Positions 1-16,278 are shown, counted from the first letter of the stretch. The stretch is DNA of 64,000 bases from Eledone cirrhosa (GCA_964016885.1 OZ024762.1:23374001-23438000); one strand, 5' to 3'. The notes: generated by a model from the letters alone, not told the origin. Program-made: numbers and translations.

Positions 1-10
1 GAAATCGATT

Positions 11-50
<40 letters not shown>

Positions 51-65
51 TATATGTATATATAT

Positions 66-251
66 AATATTAATTCAAAATATTAACAAAATAGATATTC
101 TTGTGATCAAGTATATTTTATATATATCTATTTTGTTAATATTTTGAATTAATATTAGTAACTCTGGAAAACCTTTTTTCCTGTTGAGTGCTTCCATCTG
201 TTGTAAAACTCATTCTTTGATGTATTCATTGAACCTTGTTTAACTTTTAAA
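66..251. mobile_element. Short two-armed (foldback) insertion in (TA)n, probable PLE pseudo-LTR terminus
   Basis: Inverted arms atattaattcaaaatattaacaaaatagatat / atatctattttgttaatattttgaattaatat; right arm continues ~95 nt with a tail (gttgagtgct...aacttttaaa) resembling the tail at 17740-17812; (TA)n on both sides. Confidence 0.55.
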
Positions 252-315
252 TATATATATATATATTATAAAATAGCAGGAGGCTGGACTGGTGTAATTC
301 CTTAAAAGGTTTATT

Positions 316-373
316 ATACTATGATCATTTCAATGACCGCGTTCAGTATGAATCCGGTGACATCATCAGGTAT
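316..373 (-). ncRNA. Type I hammerhead ribozyme motif
   Basis: Minus strand reads atac-CTGATGA-[stem II accg/cggt with inner ttca/tgaa]-GAAA-tgatca(palindrome)-TA-gtat, followed directly by AATAAA. Lies in a non-repetitive island (~270-625), probably a PLE 3' UTR fragment. Confidence 0.75.
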
Positions 374-639
374 TCGAAATATAACAAAGGAATATAATAG
401 ACAAAATCCATGGGGCTGAAAATCAGAGACATGATCGTAACCGAACATTTAGTAGCTTCTAACTCGGTCAGCCGCCCAAGCAAACAATTGGGATGTAAGA
501 AATAGATTTATATTCCCACCTGAGATCAAGCCAAAAGCGTTAGAAACCCACTACAAAAGAATTCCTATAGATTTATAACAATTTAGAAATGATTATTATA
601 AATATGTTATCTATTCCAAATTTTAATTGGCACATTTAT

Positions 640-781
640 TATATGTGTGTGGGGGGGGGAGTTATGTGTGTGTGGTGGTGGCGGGGTGGGGGTGGGGTAC
701 ATTCATATATATAAACATGTATATATATATATATATATATGTGTGTATATATATTTGTATTTATAGTTATATTTATATATG

Positions 782-816
<35 letters not shown>

Positions 817-925
817 GTGTGTGTGTATATATGTGTGTGTGTATATATGTGTGTGTGTATATATGTATACATATGTATGTGTGTATATATATATGTGTAT
901 TTGTATATATGTGTATGTGCATATA

Positions 926-968
<43 letters not shown>

Positions 969-1047
969 TTGTGTATACATGTATATATGTATATGTGTAT
1001 ATATATATATGTATTTATATTTGTGTATACATATATATATATTTGTT

Positions 1048-1094
<47 letters not shown>

Positions 1095-1180
1095 ATATGC
1101 GTATATATATATATATGTATATATGTTATGTATATATGTATATGGGTATGTGTATATATATATGTATGTCTGTATATGTA

Positions 1181-1237
<57 letters not shown>

Positions 1238-1700
1238 GTATGTGTGTGTGTTTGTGTGTGTATATGTATGTATATCAAAGGGTGCATATATATATATATA
1301 TATTATTTATATTTTGATATTTACATAATTATGTTACATTCCATTTCATTTATATCCTCTTTTCCCACCTACCCCATCTACAAATGCACATCCACACCAA
1401 ACAACCCAACATCTCTCTCTCTCTCTCTCTCTAGCTCTCTCTCTCTCTCTAGCTCTCTCTCTCTCTCACTCTCTCTCTCTCACTCTCTCTCTCTCTCTTG
1501 CACTCTCTCTAGCTCTCTCTTGCACTCTCTCTAGCTCTCTCTCTTGCCCTCTCTCTCTCTAGCTCTCTCTCTCCCGCACCCTCCCCCTCTCTCTCCCGCA
1601 CCCTCTCTCTCTCCACCCTCTCTCTCTCTCGTTCACCCTCTCTCTCTCTCGTTCACCCTCTCTCTATCTCGTTCACCCTCTCTCTCTCACTCTCACCCCA
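640..1700. repeat. (TA)/(TG) then (CT)n microsatellite block
   Basis: Visible dinucleotide repeats; source of spurious Y/I/C/V and L/S ORFs. Confidence 0.95.
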
Positions 1701-1889
1701 TCTCACTCTCATCCCCTCTTATCCTAAGAAAGGAGGTTACAGACAGACAGAAAGACGGGGACTGGCTGGGAATTTCATGGAATTTTATAGAATTTAATTG
1801 GAACTTCCTCGGTTTTGGTGACCGAAGAAACAATGGAACTAATTTTGTAAATGAAAATTGAATTGAATAGGAAGATATAGTAAGACTGG

Positions 1890-3680
1890 GAGAGGTGAGA
1901 GGGATGCTGAAGGGGAGGAATGTGAGAGGAGGAGAGTGATAGAGAGAGGGAGTGATCAAGAGGAGGAATGTGAGGAGGAAAGGGATAGAGGGGGAGAGAG
2001 AAAGAGGAGTGTATGAGAATGAGAGGGAGTGATGAAGGGGAGGAATGTGAGAGGAGGAAAGGGATAGAGGGGGAGAGAGAAAGAGGAGTGTATGAGAATG
2101 AGAGGGAGTGATGAAGGGGAGGAATGTGAGAGGAGGAAAGTGATAGAGGTGGAGTGATGAGAATGAGAGGAGGAAAGTGATAGAGGGGGAGAGATAAAGA
2201 GGAGAGTGTATGAGAATGAGAGGGAGTGATCAAGGGGAGGAATGTGAGAGGAAAGAGGAGTGTATGAGAATGAGAGGGAGAAATGTTAGAGGGAGGGTTG
2301 AAGGAGAATGTTAGAGAAGGTTGAGGATGCGAGAAAGGTGACGAAGAAAGCGAAGAATTTGAGGAAGGGGAGAAGGTGAAAGAGGGGAAGGTGAAGGAAG
2401 AGGAGAATGAAAGAGAGGAAGAGGAGAGATGAACGAGGGAAAGGAGAGAAAACTGAAGAAGGTGAAGAAGAATGTGAGAAAGATGAAAGAGAGGAGAGGA
2501 AGAAGAGGAGATTGAAAGAGAGGGTGAAGAAGGCGAAAGAGAGGAAGGCGAAAGAGAAAACGGTTAAGGAGGAGAATGAGACGTGAAGTGGAAGGAAATT
2601 GGTGATAGTGAGGAAGAGGGAGATAAAGAAATGAGGAGGAAGAAGTGGAGGAAGTGAAGAAATGAGGAAGAGGAAGATAAAGAAATGAGGAGGAAGAAGT
2701 GGAGGAAGTGAAGAAATGAGGAAGAGGAAGATAAAGAAATGAGGAGGAAGAAGTGGAGGAAGTGAAGAAATGAGGAAGAGGAAGAAGCGGAGGAAATGAG
2801 GAAGAGGTAAAGAGGAAGAAGCGGAGGAAGTGAAGAAATGAGGAAGAGGTAAAGAGGAGGAAGAAGCGGAGGAAGTGAAGAAATGAGGAAGAGGTAAAGA
2901 GGAGGAAGTGAAGAAATGAGGAAGAGGTAAAGAGGAGGAAGTGAAGAAATGAGGAAGAGGTAAAGGGGAGGCAGAAGCGGAGGAAGTGAAGAAAAGAGGA
3001 AGAGGTAAAGGGGAGGAAGAAGCGGCGGAAGTGAAGAAATGAGGAGGAGAGGTAAAGAGGAGGAAGAAGCGGAGGAAGTGAAGAAATGAGGAAGAGGTAA
3101 AGAGGAGGAAGAAGCGGAGGAGTCTGAAGTGGAAGTGAAGGAAGTTGAAGTGGAATAAAATAATTGAAAGTGATTAAGTTGAGATGATGAGGAAGGAAAT
3201 AGTGTGATGACGATGGTGATGACGATGATGGTGATGATGATGATGATGGTGATGAAGAAATGAACGAGGATAAGAAAATGGAAGACGTATAGGTGGCGAG
3301 GATGGAGGAAATGGTGTGAATAAGGTGATGGTGTTGATGGTGTTGATGGTGTTGGTGTTGATGGTGGTGATAGTGTTGGTGATGGTGTTGATGATGGTGG
3401 TGATGGTGATGGTGGTGATGGTGTTGATGATGGTGGTGATGGTGATGTTGATGATGATGATGATAGTGTTGATAAAGATGAAAAGGTGAAGAAAGTTATC
3501 GTGATGATATAGAATATGATGAAGAAGTGAAAGAGATGATGAAGTATATTGGAGATAACAATGATGATGATGATGATTATGGTAATGGCGGTGGTGGTGG
3601 TGGTAGTGAAAGTGTAATTGGTTTCAACTATGTGATGATTATGATGGTGATGTTAATGGTGGTGGTGGTGGTGGTGGTGA
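1890..3680. repeat. Purine-rich low-complexity tract with 30-50 bp minisatellite units, grading into (GAT/GGT)n
   Basis: Recurrent gaggaagaagcggaggaagtgaagaaatgaggaagaggtaaa units at ~2620-3120; trinucleotide repeats at 3200-3680. Confidence 0.85.
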
Positions 3681-4023
3681 AAGTCTCGTCGGTTCCAAAT
3701 ATAGTTTAATAGGAAGAATTCTTGCTATCCGCCCCCATAACACCATCCACCACCACTCACCATTTTCTACAAGCTGTAATTAACTATTTTAGATTCTAGG
3801 AAATGATACGATTAGGGTTCCTCTTTAATACATAGTGTAAGGTAGAAAGATGGCGGTGTTGCGAGGCAGAAATGGCGGTGTTGTGTAAGGGTGATGGCGG
3901 AGTTGTGGTGGAATATATTTTCACAAATTTTGAACTAATTCGTGATGACACTCAAAAATATTTAAACACGGAAATGGAATATCTTTCTGCCATTCCGTTT
4001 CGGTCTGTCTTCCTGTCTGTCTG

Positions 4024-4111
<88 letters not shown>

Positions 4112-4288
4112 CTGTCTCCTGCTATCTCTATCGCTGTATCTGCATCTCTCTTTTTCTCTTTCTTTCGCTGTATATGTATTTCGCTCCGTTTTGTGCTCTC
4201 TTATCCAGAACCTCTCTCTTTCTACATTTTGAACGTGTAAATATATATATATATATAAGGGTTAAAATACTGGAGCGTGTTGGAGTTA

Positions 4289-4333
4289 ATTGCCCTGATG
4301 AGTCCTTAATAGGACGAAACATTGTTGGCTAAT
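4289..4333 (+). ncRNA. Type I hammerhead ribozyme motif
   Basis: attgcc-CTGATGA-gtcct/taat/aggac-GAAA-c att g-TT-ggctaat, overlapping AATAAA at 4331; identical copy on - at 57591-57635. Confidence 0.85.
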
Positions 4334-4377
4334 AAAGACTTTTGATGTATTGAAGGCTTCTTTGTTTTACTTTCTTA

Positions 4378-4449
<72 letters not shown>

Positions 4450-4459
4450 CTTCAACACT

Positions 4460-5016
4460 GGCTTAAGATATTTGTAAGTTGCAAAGCTTTTGTGCATGCA
4501 AGTCGGGCATTGTTCAGTGTCGGGCCCTTGGCAAATAGTATTTCGTAGCTCTATGAAATACAAAGGTCACAACACTTGTACTCTCCCATGTACGAGCGCT
4601 TTCTGGAGTAATTTCCATTTGAGCGTGAAAGGGGTGGAGTTCCTCTTGAGGTACCAGACATAGGATGCGAGTGTTGTCTGATTGGATTTGTCCGGTTTTC
4701 TGGATGAGTTTGTATGGGGATACCACCGTGCCTTAAAAGTGTTGGAAGACATTCCGATATAAGTATTTTTGTTGTTAACACCAATATCCGAGATGACATC
4801 ACATTTATATACGTCATTCGTCAGGCATTTGTTTTCGAGTGGGCAGGCTTCCTTATTTTGGCAGTTGCACAAATCTCCCGTCTGGGGATGGGTTTCTGAG
4901 GTAGTAGGCTTCTTTAATTTAGTAGTGTTGAGATTGGCTATATTCCTAGCTAGGTTAGGTGTAGTGGAGTAGGAGACCCTTATTGTATTCTTATTAAAGA
5001 TAGTGTAGTATCTATG
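4460..5016 (-). pseudogene. PLE C-terminal fragment (linker + GIY-YIG endonuclease), frameshifted
   Basis: Translates to RYYTIFNKNTIRVSYSTTPN...CNCQNKEACPLENKCL..VYKCDV...TYIGMSSNTFKAR...TLASYVWYLK...CDLCIS*...TCMHK; motifs typical of PLE GIY-YIG domains with CNC..CPL and C-terminal CxH (Naiad-like by recall). Confidence 0.85.
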
Positions 5017-5052
5017 TTACTCTAAGTCTCAGAGGAACTTCAGAGAAGGTGT

Positions 5053-5100
5053 CTTCTCTGATGATGCCGTGAGTACACAGGTTAAACACTGGTGTAGCAA
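5053..5100 (+). ncRNA. Decayed hammerhead motif forming the + arm of the 4450-5120 PLE insertion
   Basis: CTGATGA-stem II (gtg/cac)-TAAA (GAAA mutated)-cac tg gtg-TA; weak stem I. Confidence 0.45.
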
Positions 5101-5128
5101 AACTGGTCACTTAACCATAAACACACAC

Positions 5129-5219
<91 letters not shown>

Positions 5220-5344
5220 CTTCGTTTTTTAATTAGTTTTGCAAGATTTCTTATCTGAAAACGTGTGTTGAGACAGATATTGTTATAATTTGGGAGGGTC
5301 ATGCTGCCAATAATAATGGCAGCATGACCCTACCAAAATATAAC
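5220..5344. mobile_element. Two-armed short insertion; family also at 23160-23310, 55340-55455, 55830-55875
   Basis: Inverted repeat ttataatttgggagggtcatgctgcca / tggcagcatgaccctaccaaaatataa; shared atctgaaaacgtgtgttga segment in all copies; microsatellite flanks. Confidence 0.65.
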
Positions 5345-5365
5345 TATATATATATATATATATAT

Positions 5366-9413
<4,048 letters not shown>

Positions 9414-9436
9414 AAAAGGTAAACAGAAATAACAAC

Positions 9437-9467
<31 letters not shown>

Positions 9468-9597
9468 GGAAAGTTATATTTAAAATGTTGGGTTACAACG
9501 AGTAAATATTTATAACTGATATAAAAGCACTCAACAAGTATTTGGAGTATATTTACGATATTAAATAAATGGAAATTATATTTATAAAACCATATTT

Positions 9598-9661
9598 ATT
9601 TCATTATATATATTTCAGGGATATCATATTAACAATATGTTATGCCTTCTTCAGACAAAAT
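9598..9661 (-). ncRNA. Type I hammerhead ribozyme motif (family A)
   Basis: Reverse complement of 9819-9882. Confidence 0.8.
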
Positions 9662-9818
9662 ACAATATAAACAGTCTTATAAATAAATAGATATGACATA
9701 CCTTTTCAAATATCAACTTGCATTTGTGAAGTTGATCTGCCAAATCAACTTCACAAATGCAAGTTGATATTTGAAAAGGTATGTCATATCTATTTATTTA
9801 TAAGACTGTTTATATTGT

Positions 9819-9882
9819 ATTTTGTCTGAAGAAGGCATAACATATTGTTAATATGATATCCCTGAAATATATATAATGAAAT
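9819..9882 (+). ncRNA. Type I hammerhead ribozyme motif (family A)
   Basis: attttgt-CTGAAGA-long stem II (agg..catatt/aatatg..cct)-GAAA-tatata-TA-atgaaat (7-bp stem I with two G-U), overlapping AATAAA. Confidence 0.8.
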
Positions 9883-9924
9883 AAATATGGTTTTATAAAT
9901 ATAATTTCCATTTATTTAATATCG

Positions 9925-9958
<34 letters not shown>

Positions 9959-9959
<1 letters not shown>

Positions 9960-10211
9960 AAGGGATATTTAATTTGTTGGAAATTCAACAAATATAAATG
10001 TTTATAACTGATTCAGAGCACTCGTCAGGTTTCTGATTACCCAAGGAATATTCAACTGATAAGGAATGTTTTCCTTGGCTATGTCAAAATTTATAAAACA
10101 CTCTTTGTATTTTATCTCATCAAAGCGTACCAAAGCTTTTGGTACCCTTGAAATATATATAATAGAATAAATATGGCTTTATAAACATAGTTTCCATTTG
10201 TTTAATATCAT
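9959..10211. mobile_element. Older family A-related two-armed insertion with decayed hammerhead (10109-10168, core CTCATCA)
   Basis: Left arm resembles the family A tail in - orientation (ttataactgat..agcactc); right arm ends at tttaatatca like the short family A terminus. Confidence 0.65.
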
Positions 10212-10244
10212 TGTGTGTGTATATATATCTATATATATATATAT

Positions 10245-10453
10245 ATTTGCAAAAAAGGAAAAGAATTACCTCACTTGTAGTTCTAAATAATTTTATTTTA
10301 TTTTATATTATATTGATATAAGTTGGTAGATCTACCAACTGATATTATTATAATATTATAAAATTAAATAAAATTATTTAGAACTACAAGTGAAGTAATT
10401 CTTTTCCTTTTTTTTCAAATATGCCTAACTGTACCAAGGACCTCACACATTTT

Positions 10454-10458
<5 letters not shown>
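10245..10458. mobile_element. Foldback insertion in (TA)n
   Basis: ~70-bp inverted arms (aaaggaaaagaattacctcacttgtagttctaaataatttt / reverse complement) plus a ~40-nt tail on the right arm. Confidence 0.7.
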
Positions 10459-10490
<32 letters not shown>

Positions 10491-10493
<3 letters not shown>

Positions 10494-10788
10494 TTATGTA
10501 ATAAACAACAAAATATAATTATTCCATTACCTAAGATTTAATGAGATTAGCCAATTCTTACAGAAGAGTCCAGTTCGTTCATTAGATGAAATATTTATTT
10601 TATCTTATATCCATAACAAAAATATTTCATTTGATGAACGAACTGGAAGTTTCAGTTAGAATTGTCTAATTTCATGAAACCTTGGGTAATGGAATAATTA
10701 TATTGCGTTGTTTATTATATAATTAAGTAGCTCTGTACTATACATAGAGCACTCTTCTTTCCTTTACTTTGCTACGGAAATACATTAT
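10491..10788. mobile_element. Foldback insertion with two decayed hammerheads (family B; relatives at 30945-31021 and 37020-37115)
   Basis: Inverted arms; + arm 10625-10694 reads tttcat-TTGATGA-branched stem II-GAAA-cc ttg gg-TA-atggaa; right arm has a ~65-nt tail also seen at 37050-37115. Confidence 0.7.
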
Positions 10789-10863
10789 ATATGTATATAT
10801 ATATATACACACACACAAGGTAACATACTGCCACAAACACAAAATATGATCACAACCATATGT

Positions 10864-10903
<40 letters not shown>

Positions 10904-11944
10904 ATTTACATACATACAATCGCAAACCTAACATCATTACACACACAAATATTAACACACAATCACAACCTCATGTCAGTATAGATAACACACACACACG
11001 AATATACACACACAAACACAAACACACACAACCTCACACCAGTACAGACAAGATAACACACACACACACACACAATCTCACCTCAGTATATACAAGATAA
11101 CGCATACCACACACACACACAAAATAACACACACACACACTGCCACATACATAAATGAATACAAACACAATCACAATCTCATGCCAGTACAAATAAGATA
11201 ACGCATACTGCTACGCACAAACAACACACACACTCATAAGCTCACGCTAATACAGATAATATAACACACACACACACACAGACCACACACACACACACAG
11301 ACCACACACACACATAGACCACACACACACACACAGACCCCACACACACACAGACCACACACACACACACACCATAAACAAACGCACAATTACAACGTTA
11401 CATACAGCCACACACACACATAATCACACATCTATACTAACAATCTGACACATATTCAGAAAGACATTCATTAATCGAGGACGGCCTAATAAACGTTAGT
11501 GAAACCGCCGCCATTTTCTTTTACTTTAGACACTATCAATCAGAATTTTAAATATGTATGTCACATTACCGATTTAAACCCTGTATTTCTCCAGCACCCT
11601 CTGTGCTTTTCAAACCATTCCGCTAGATTTGCTTAGACTTCAAACCCTATTTGTCAATTTCCATGGCTTTCCAAAACACTTCACTTGTTAGTAACATTCT
11701 CTTATCTCCTCCGCCTCCTCTTGTCAATTTAGAAGTATTCTATTCTTCTTCCTTTTCTCGTCTCTAATATATAAGGAAGAAGACATCGAACTGACACTGT
11801 CATCAGAACGTCTGATAGAATTCTTTGCAGTATTCGTTCCGGTTATCTGCGCTCTAAGTTCAAATCTCGCCCAGGTTAAATATATATATATGTATATATA
11901 TATATATACAAAATATAATACAAAATATAATAATACAAAATATA

Positions 11945-12250
11945 ATAATTATCAGATGTATTACAGAGCCAAGATACAAAATATAATACAATCAAATTTT
12001 AGCTTAATACATTCGTTACTTCCAGACAACTGTCTGGAATCATCGGAACATACAAAATGTTTAAACAAGTAATTATAATCCTACATTAAACATTGTCTAT
12101 GCTCCGATAATACCACACAGTTTTCTGGAAGAAACGATCGTCAACAATTAAATGTATCAGGCTAAAATTTGATTGTTTTATACATCTGATAATTTATATT
12201 GACCTTTTTCTCTTACTGGTAATTCGGCAGTGCTTAACTCGTATATAAGT
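11945..12250. mobile_element. Two-armed insertion with CCGA-core hammerhead-like motifs (12010-12052 on -, 12100-12146 on +)
   Basis: Minus: tgtt-CCGATGA-ttccagac/agtt/gtctggaa-GTAA-cg; plus: tgct-CCGATAA-cca..tgg-GAAA-cgatcg-TC-aaca; inverted downstream arms (ttatcagatgta, caatcaaattttagc). Confidence 0.6.
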
Positions 12251-12264
12251 ATAAATATTATTAT

Positions 12265-12303
<39 letters not shown>

Positions 12304-12654
12304 AAAACAAATAACGAAACGAAATTAAATTTCGTTTCGTTTGTAACTCACTTTTGTATGACTGACGCTTAAACAATTAAGTTAAAAATGTACATCTACA
12401 TATGCATACTGAAATACTAGTGTGTATATGAATACACACACGTATACATATGTAGGTGTACCAAGTCTTTCACTGGTCGCTTTACAGTGAGCGGCCCAGC
12501 TATTCTGTATGTAAACACACAGACAAACCGGTTTTTAGAGTCATACTGGTTTTTGGTCAGTCATACAAAAGTGAGTTACAAACGAAACGAAATTTAATTT
12601 CGTCTCGTTATTTGTTTTTATCGTCTCCGCTGAACCGGTGCGTACTCACACTCT

Positions 12655-12662
12655 ATGCAAAT
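12655..12662 (+). promoter_or_regulatory. Octamer motif ATGCAAAT (candidate internal promoter element)
   Basis: Conserved as tatgcaaattag at the equivalent position in three insertions (also 56667, 63225), 88-100 nt upstream of the HHR core; function inferred. Confidence 0.45.
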
Positions 12663-12747
12663 TAGTCTGCCCACTACTAATTTTCATAGAAAAAGCATAT
12701 AACGATATGTGCTTTTACAATTCTCCAGAAAGGCCGGTAGATAGGTA

Positions 12748-12792
12748 AATATTGCTGATGAGTTGTAACAACAACGAAACTAGTTCAATATT
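12748..12792 (+). ncRNA. Type I hammerhead ribozyme motif, canonical core
   Basis: aatattg-CTGATGA-gttgt/aaca/acaac-GAAA-ctag-TT-caatatt; perfect 7-bp stem I and 5-bp stem II; stem I extends via ttctccagaaag/ctttctggagaa (12721-12814). Confidence 0.92.
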
Positions 12793-13310
12793 CCTTGTCT
12801 GGCTTTCTGGAGAATAGGGGGAAGGTGTTCCCCCAAAAACCAGTATGACTCTAAAAACCGGTTTGTCTGTGTGTTTACATACAGAATAGCTGGGCCGCTC
12901 ACTGTAAAGCGACCAGTGAAAGACTTGGTACACCTACATATGTATACGTGTGTGTATTCATATACACACTAGTATTTCAGTATGCATATGTAGATGTAGA
13001 TTTTTAACTTTTTAACTTATATATATTTATATATATGTATATTAAAATCTCGTCTAGGTTATATTTCCATGGTTTCCAAAACACTCCACTTGTTAGTCAA
13101 ATCTTGAAACTTATATTTAAAGAATGAAACTTATATTTAAGTATCAGCCGTACTAAGAGTAAGAAATGAAATTTCATTTTTTCCATATATATATATATTC
13201 ATACTTACCGATATCTTCTGTATATATATTCATATATATATACACAGAAGATAAATATATATATATATATATAAATATGTATTATATTCATATATATATA
13301 TATATATTAT

Positions 13311-13496
13311 TGGTGGATTGGCAGTATCGGTAGAGGGTCGGACGCCGTGCTTTACAGCACAGTTACGTCCCTTTACGGACTGAGTTCAAATTCCGCCGAG
13401 GTTAACTTTGCTTTCATCCTTACGGGGTCGATAAAATAAAGTACCAGTAAAATACTGCGATAATTGCTGGCCTTGTACCAAAAGTAGAAACAATTA
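13311..13496 (+). mobile_element. tRNA-derived SINE, family 1 (~185 bp)
   Basis: A-box-like tggcagtatcgg, B-box-like gttcaaattcc, body ctttcatccttacggggtcgataaaataaagtaccagt, 3' end agtagaaacaatta; more than 15 copies in the window. Confidence 0.85.
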
Positions 13497-13610
13497 TTAT
13501 ATATCATCTTTATTCATATATATATATTATTATATTCATATATAATATATATATTTATATATTCATATATATATATATATTTATATATTCATATATATAT
13601 TATTATATTC

Positions 13611-13642
<32 letters not shown>

Positions 13643-13782
13643 ATATTATTATATTCATATATATATATTATTATATATATATATATTTATATAAATATTC
13701 ATATATATATATATATATAAATATTCATATATATATATATATATTTATATGAATATTTATATATTTATATAAATATATATAT

Positions 13783-13813
<31 letters not shown>

Positions 13814-13905
13814 AATATTCATATATATATATATATATTTATATGAATATTTATATATTTATATAAATATATATATTTATATATATATATATATATATAT
13901 AAATA

Positions 13906-13944
<39 letters not shown>

Positions 13945-14317
13945 GAATATTTATATATTTATGTAAATATATATATTTATATGTATATATATATACATAC
14001 ATACATACATACATACATACATACATACATACATACATACATGCATATACATACATGCACAATGGCACTGATCACGGAACCTGCCCCATTAGCTATACAT
14101 ATATGCATATGCCAGCGCGAATGAACTCGAGGGAAATAACGGGTATATTTCTATAGGAGTGAAATATTTCTAAATATGAATTAAATGGAAATGCAACCTG
14201 CAGTGAATCTTCCGTAGATTTTCTCATGACTAATTCAGTTAGAGGCCTTCCATACTTCTCCAAATAACGACTTTTCTAACACGTTTTGAAACATCTATTG
14301 TTCATATACATGCATTC

Positions 14318-14369
<52 letters not shown>

Positions 14370-14415
14370 TCATGCGTGTGTTAGTATGATATGTATATGT
14401 GTGTGTGAGTATATG

Positions 14416-14494
<79 letters not shown>

Positions 14495-14569
14495 ATGTGT
14501 GTGAGTATATGTATATATATATATATATATATATGCATGTGTGTGTGTGTGTATATGATTATATATATG

Positions 14570-16250
14570 TATATATGTATGTATATGATTATATATATGT
14601 ATATATGTATATGAATATATATATGTATATATGTATGTATATGATTATATATATGTATATATGTATGTATATGATTATATATATGTATATATGTATGTAT
14701 ATGAATATATATATGTATATATGTATGTATATGATTATATATATGTATATATGTATGTATATGATTATATATATGTATATATGTATGTATATGATTATAT
14801 ATATGTATATATGTATGTATATGATTATATATATGTGTATGTATATGATTATATATATGTATATATGTATGTATATGATTATATATATGTATATATGTAT
14901 GTATATGATTATATATATGTATATATGTATGTATATGATTATATATATGTATATATGTATGTATATGATTATATATATGTATATATGTATGTATATGATT
15001 ATATATATGTATATATGTATGTATATGATTATATATATGTATATATGTATGTATATGATTATATATATGTATATATGTATGTATATGATTATATATATGT
15101 ATATATGTATGTATATGATTATATATATGTATATATGTATGTATATGATTATATATATGTATATATGTATGTATATGAATATATATATGTATATATGTAT
15201 GTATATGAATATATATATGTATATATGTATGTATATGAATATATATATGTATATATGTATGTATATGAATATATATATGTATATATGTATGTATATGAAT
15301 ATATATATGTATATATGTATGTATATGATTATATATATGTATATATGTATATATGTATGTATATGAATATATATATGTATATATGTATGTATATGAATAT
15401 ATGTATGTATATATGTATGTATATGAATATATATATATGTATATATGTATGTATATGAATATATGTGTATATATGTATGTATATGAATATATATATGTGT
15501 ATATGTATGTGAATATATATATGTGAATATATATATGTATATGAATATATATATGTATATATATATATGAATATATATACGTATATATGTATATGTAAAT
15601 GAATATATATGTGTACATATGTATGTATATGAATATATATTTGTACATATGTATGTATATGAATATATGTGTACATATGTATGTATATGAATATATGTGT
15701 ACATATGTATGTATATGAATATATATTTGTACATATGTATGTATATGAATATACGTGTACATATGTATGTATATGAATATGTGTACATATGTATGTATAT
15801 GAATGTGTACATATGTATGTATATGAATATATGTGTACATATGTATGTATATGAATATATATTTGTACATATGTATGTATATGAATATATATTTGTACAT
15901 ATGTATGTATATGAATATGTGTACATATGTATGTATACGAATATGTGTACATATGTATGTATATGAATATGTGTACATATGTATGTATATGAATATATGT
16001 GTACATATATATGTATATGAATATATGTGTACATATGTATGTATATGAATAGGTGTGATGATATATATGCATATATGTATGTATATGAATATGTATATAT
16101 GTATGTATATGAATATATATATGTATATGAATATATATATGTATATGAATATATATATGTATATGAATATATATGTGTACATATGTATGTATATGAATAT
16201 ATATGTATGTATCTATATGTATGTATATGAATATATATGTATATGAATAT
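14570..16250. repeat. 30-bp minisatellite (atatatatgtatatatgtatgtatatgatt) grading into a ~24-30 bp gtacatatgtatgtatatgaat variant
   Basis: Exact 30-bp periodicity at ~14840-15330 with a gatt-to-gaat variant switch. Confidence 0.92.
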
Positions 16251-16278
16251 ATATATGTTTGTGTATATAGATATATGC

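Larger units (their letters stand above)
9468..9926. mobile_element. Foldback insertion with two opposed hammerheads (family A)
   Basis: Near-perfect inverted arms 9554-9736 / 9744-9926 plus an ~86-nt tail on the left arm; (TA)n flanks; near-identical to 23525-23909. Confidence 0.9.
12302..13010. mobile_element. Retrozyme-like element (octamer + HHR family), circularly permuted ~465-nt monomer with inverted arm
   Basis: - arm 12302-12557 and + arm 12557-13010; the + arm begins with the sequence at which the - arm ends (gtcagtcatacaaaagtgag...tttgttttta); no credible ORF. Confidence 0.8.

Noticed and set aside
9468-9926. Foldbacks as classical MITEs or inverted-read assembly chimeras
   Set aside because: Arms are unequal with family-specific tails, junctions differ between copies, and older copies show arm-to-arm divergence. 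Read-level confirmation is still advisable for the perfect ones.
13311-13395. tRNA gene
   Set aside because: A/B boxes belong to a multi-copy SINE head; no cloverleaf.
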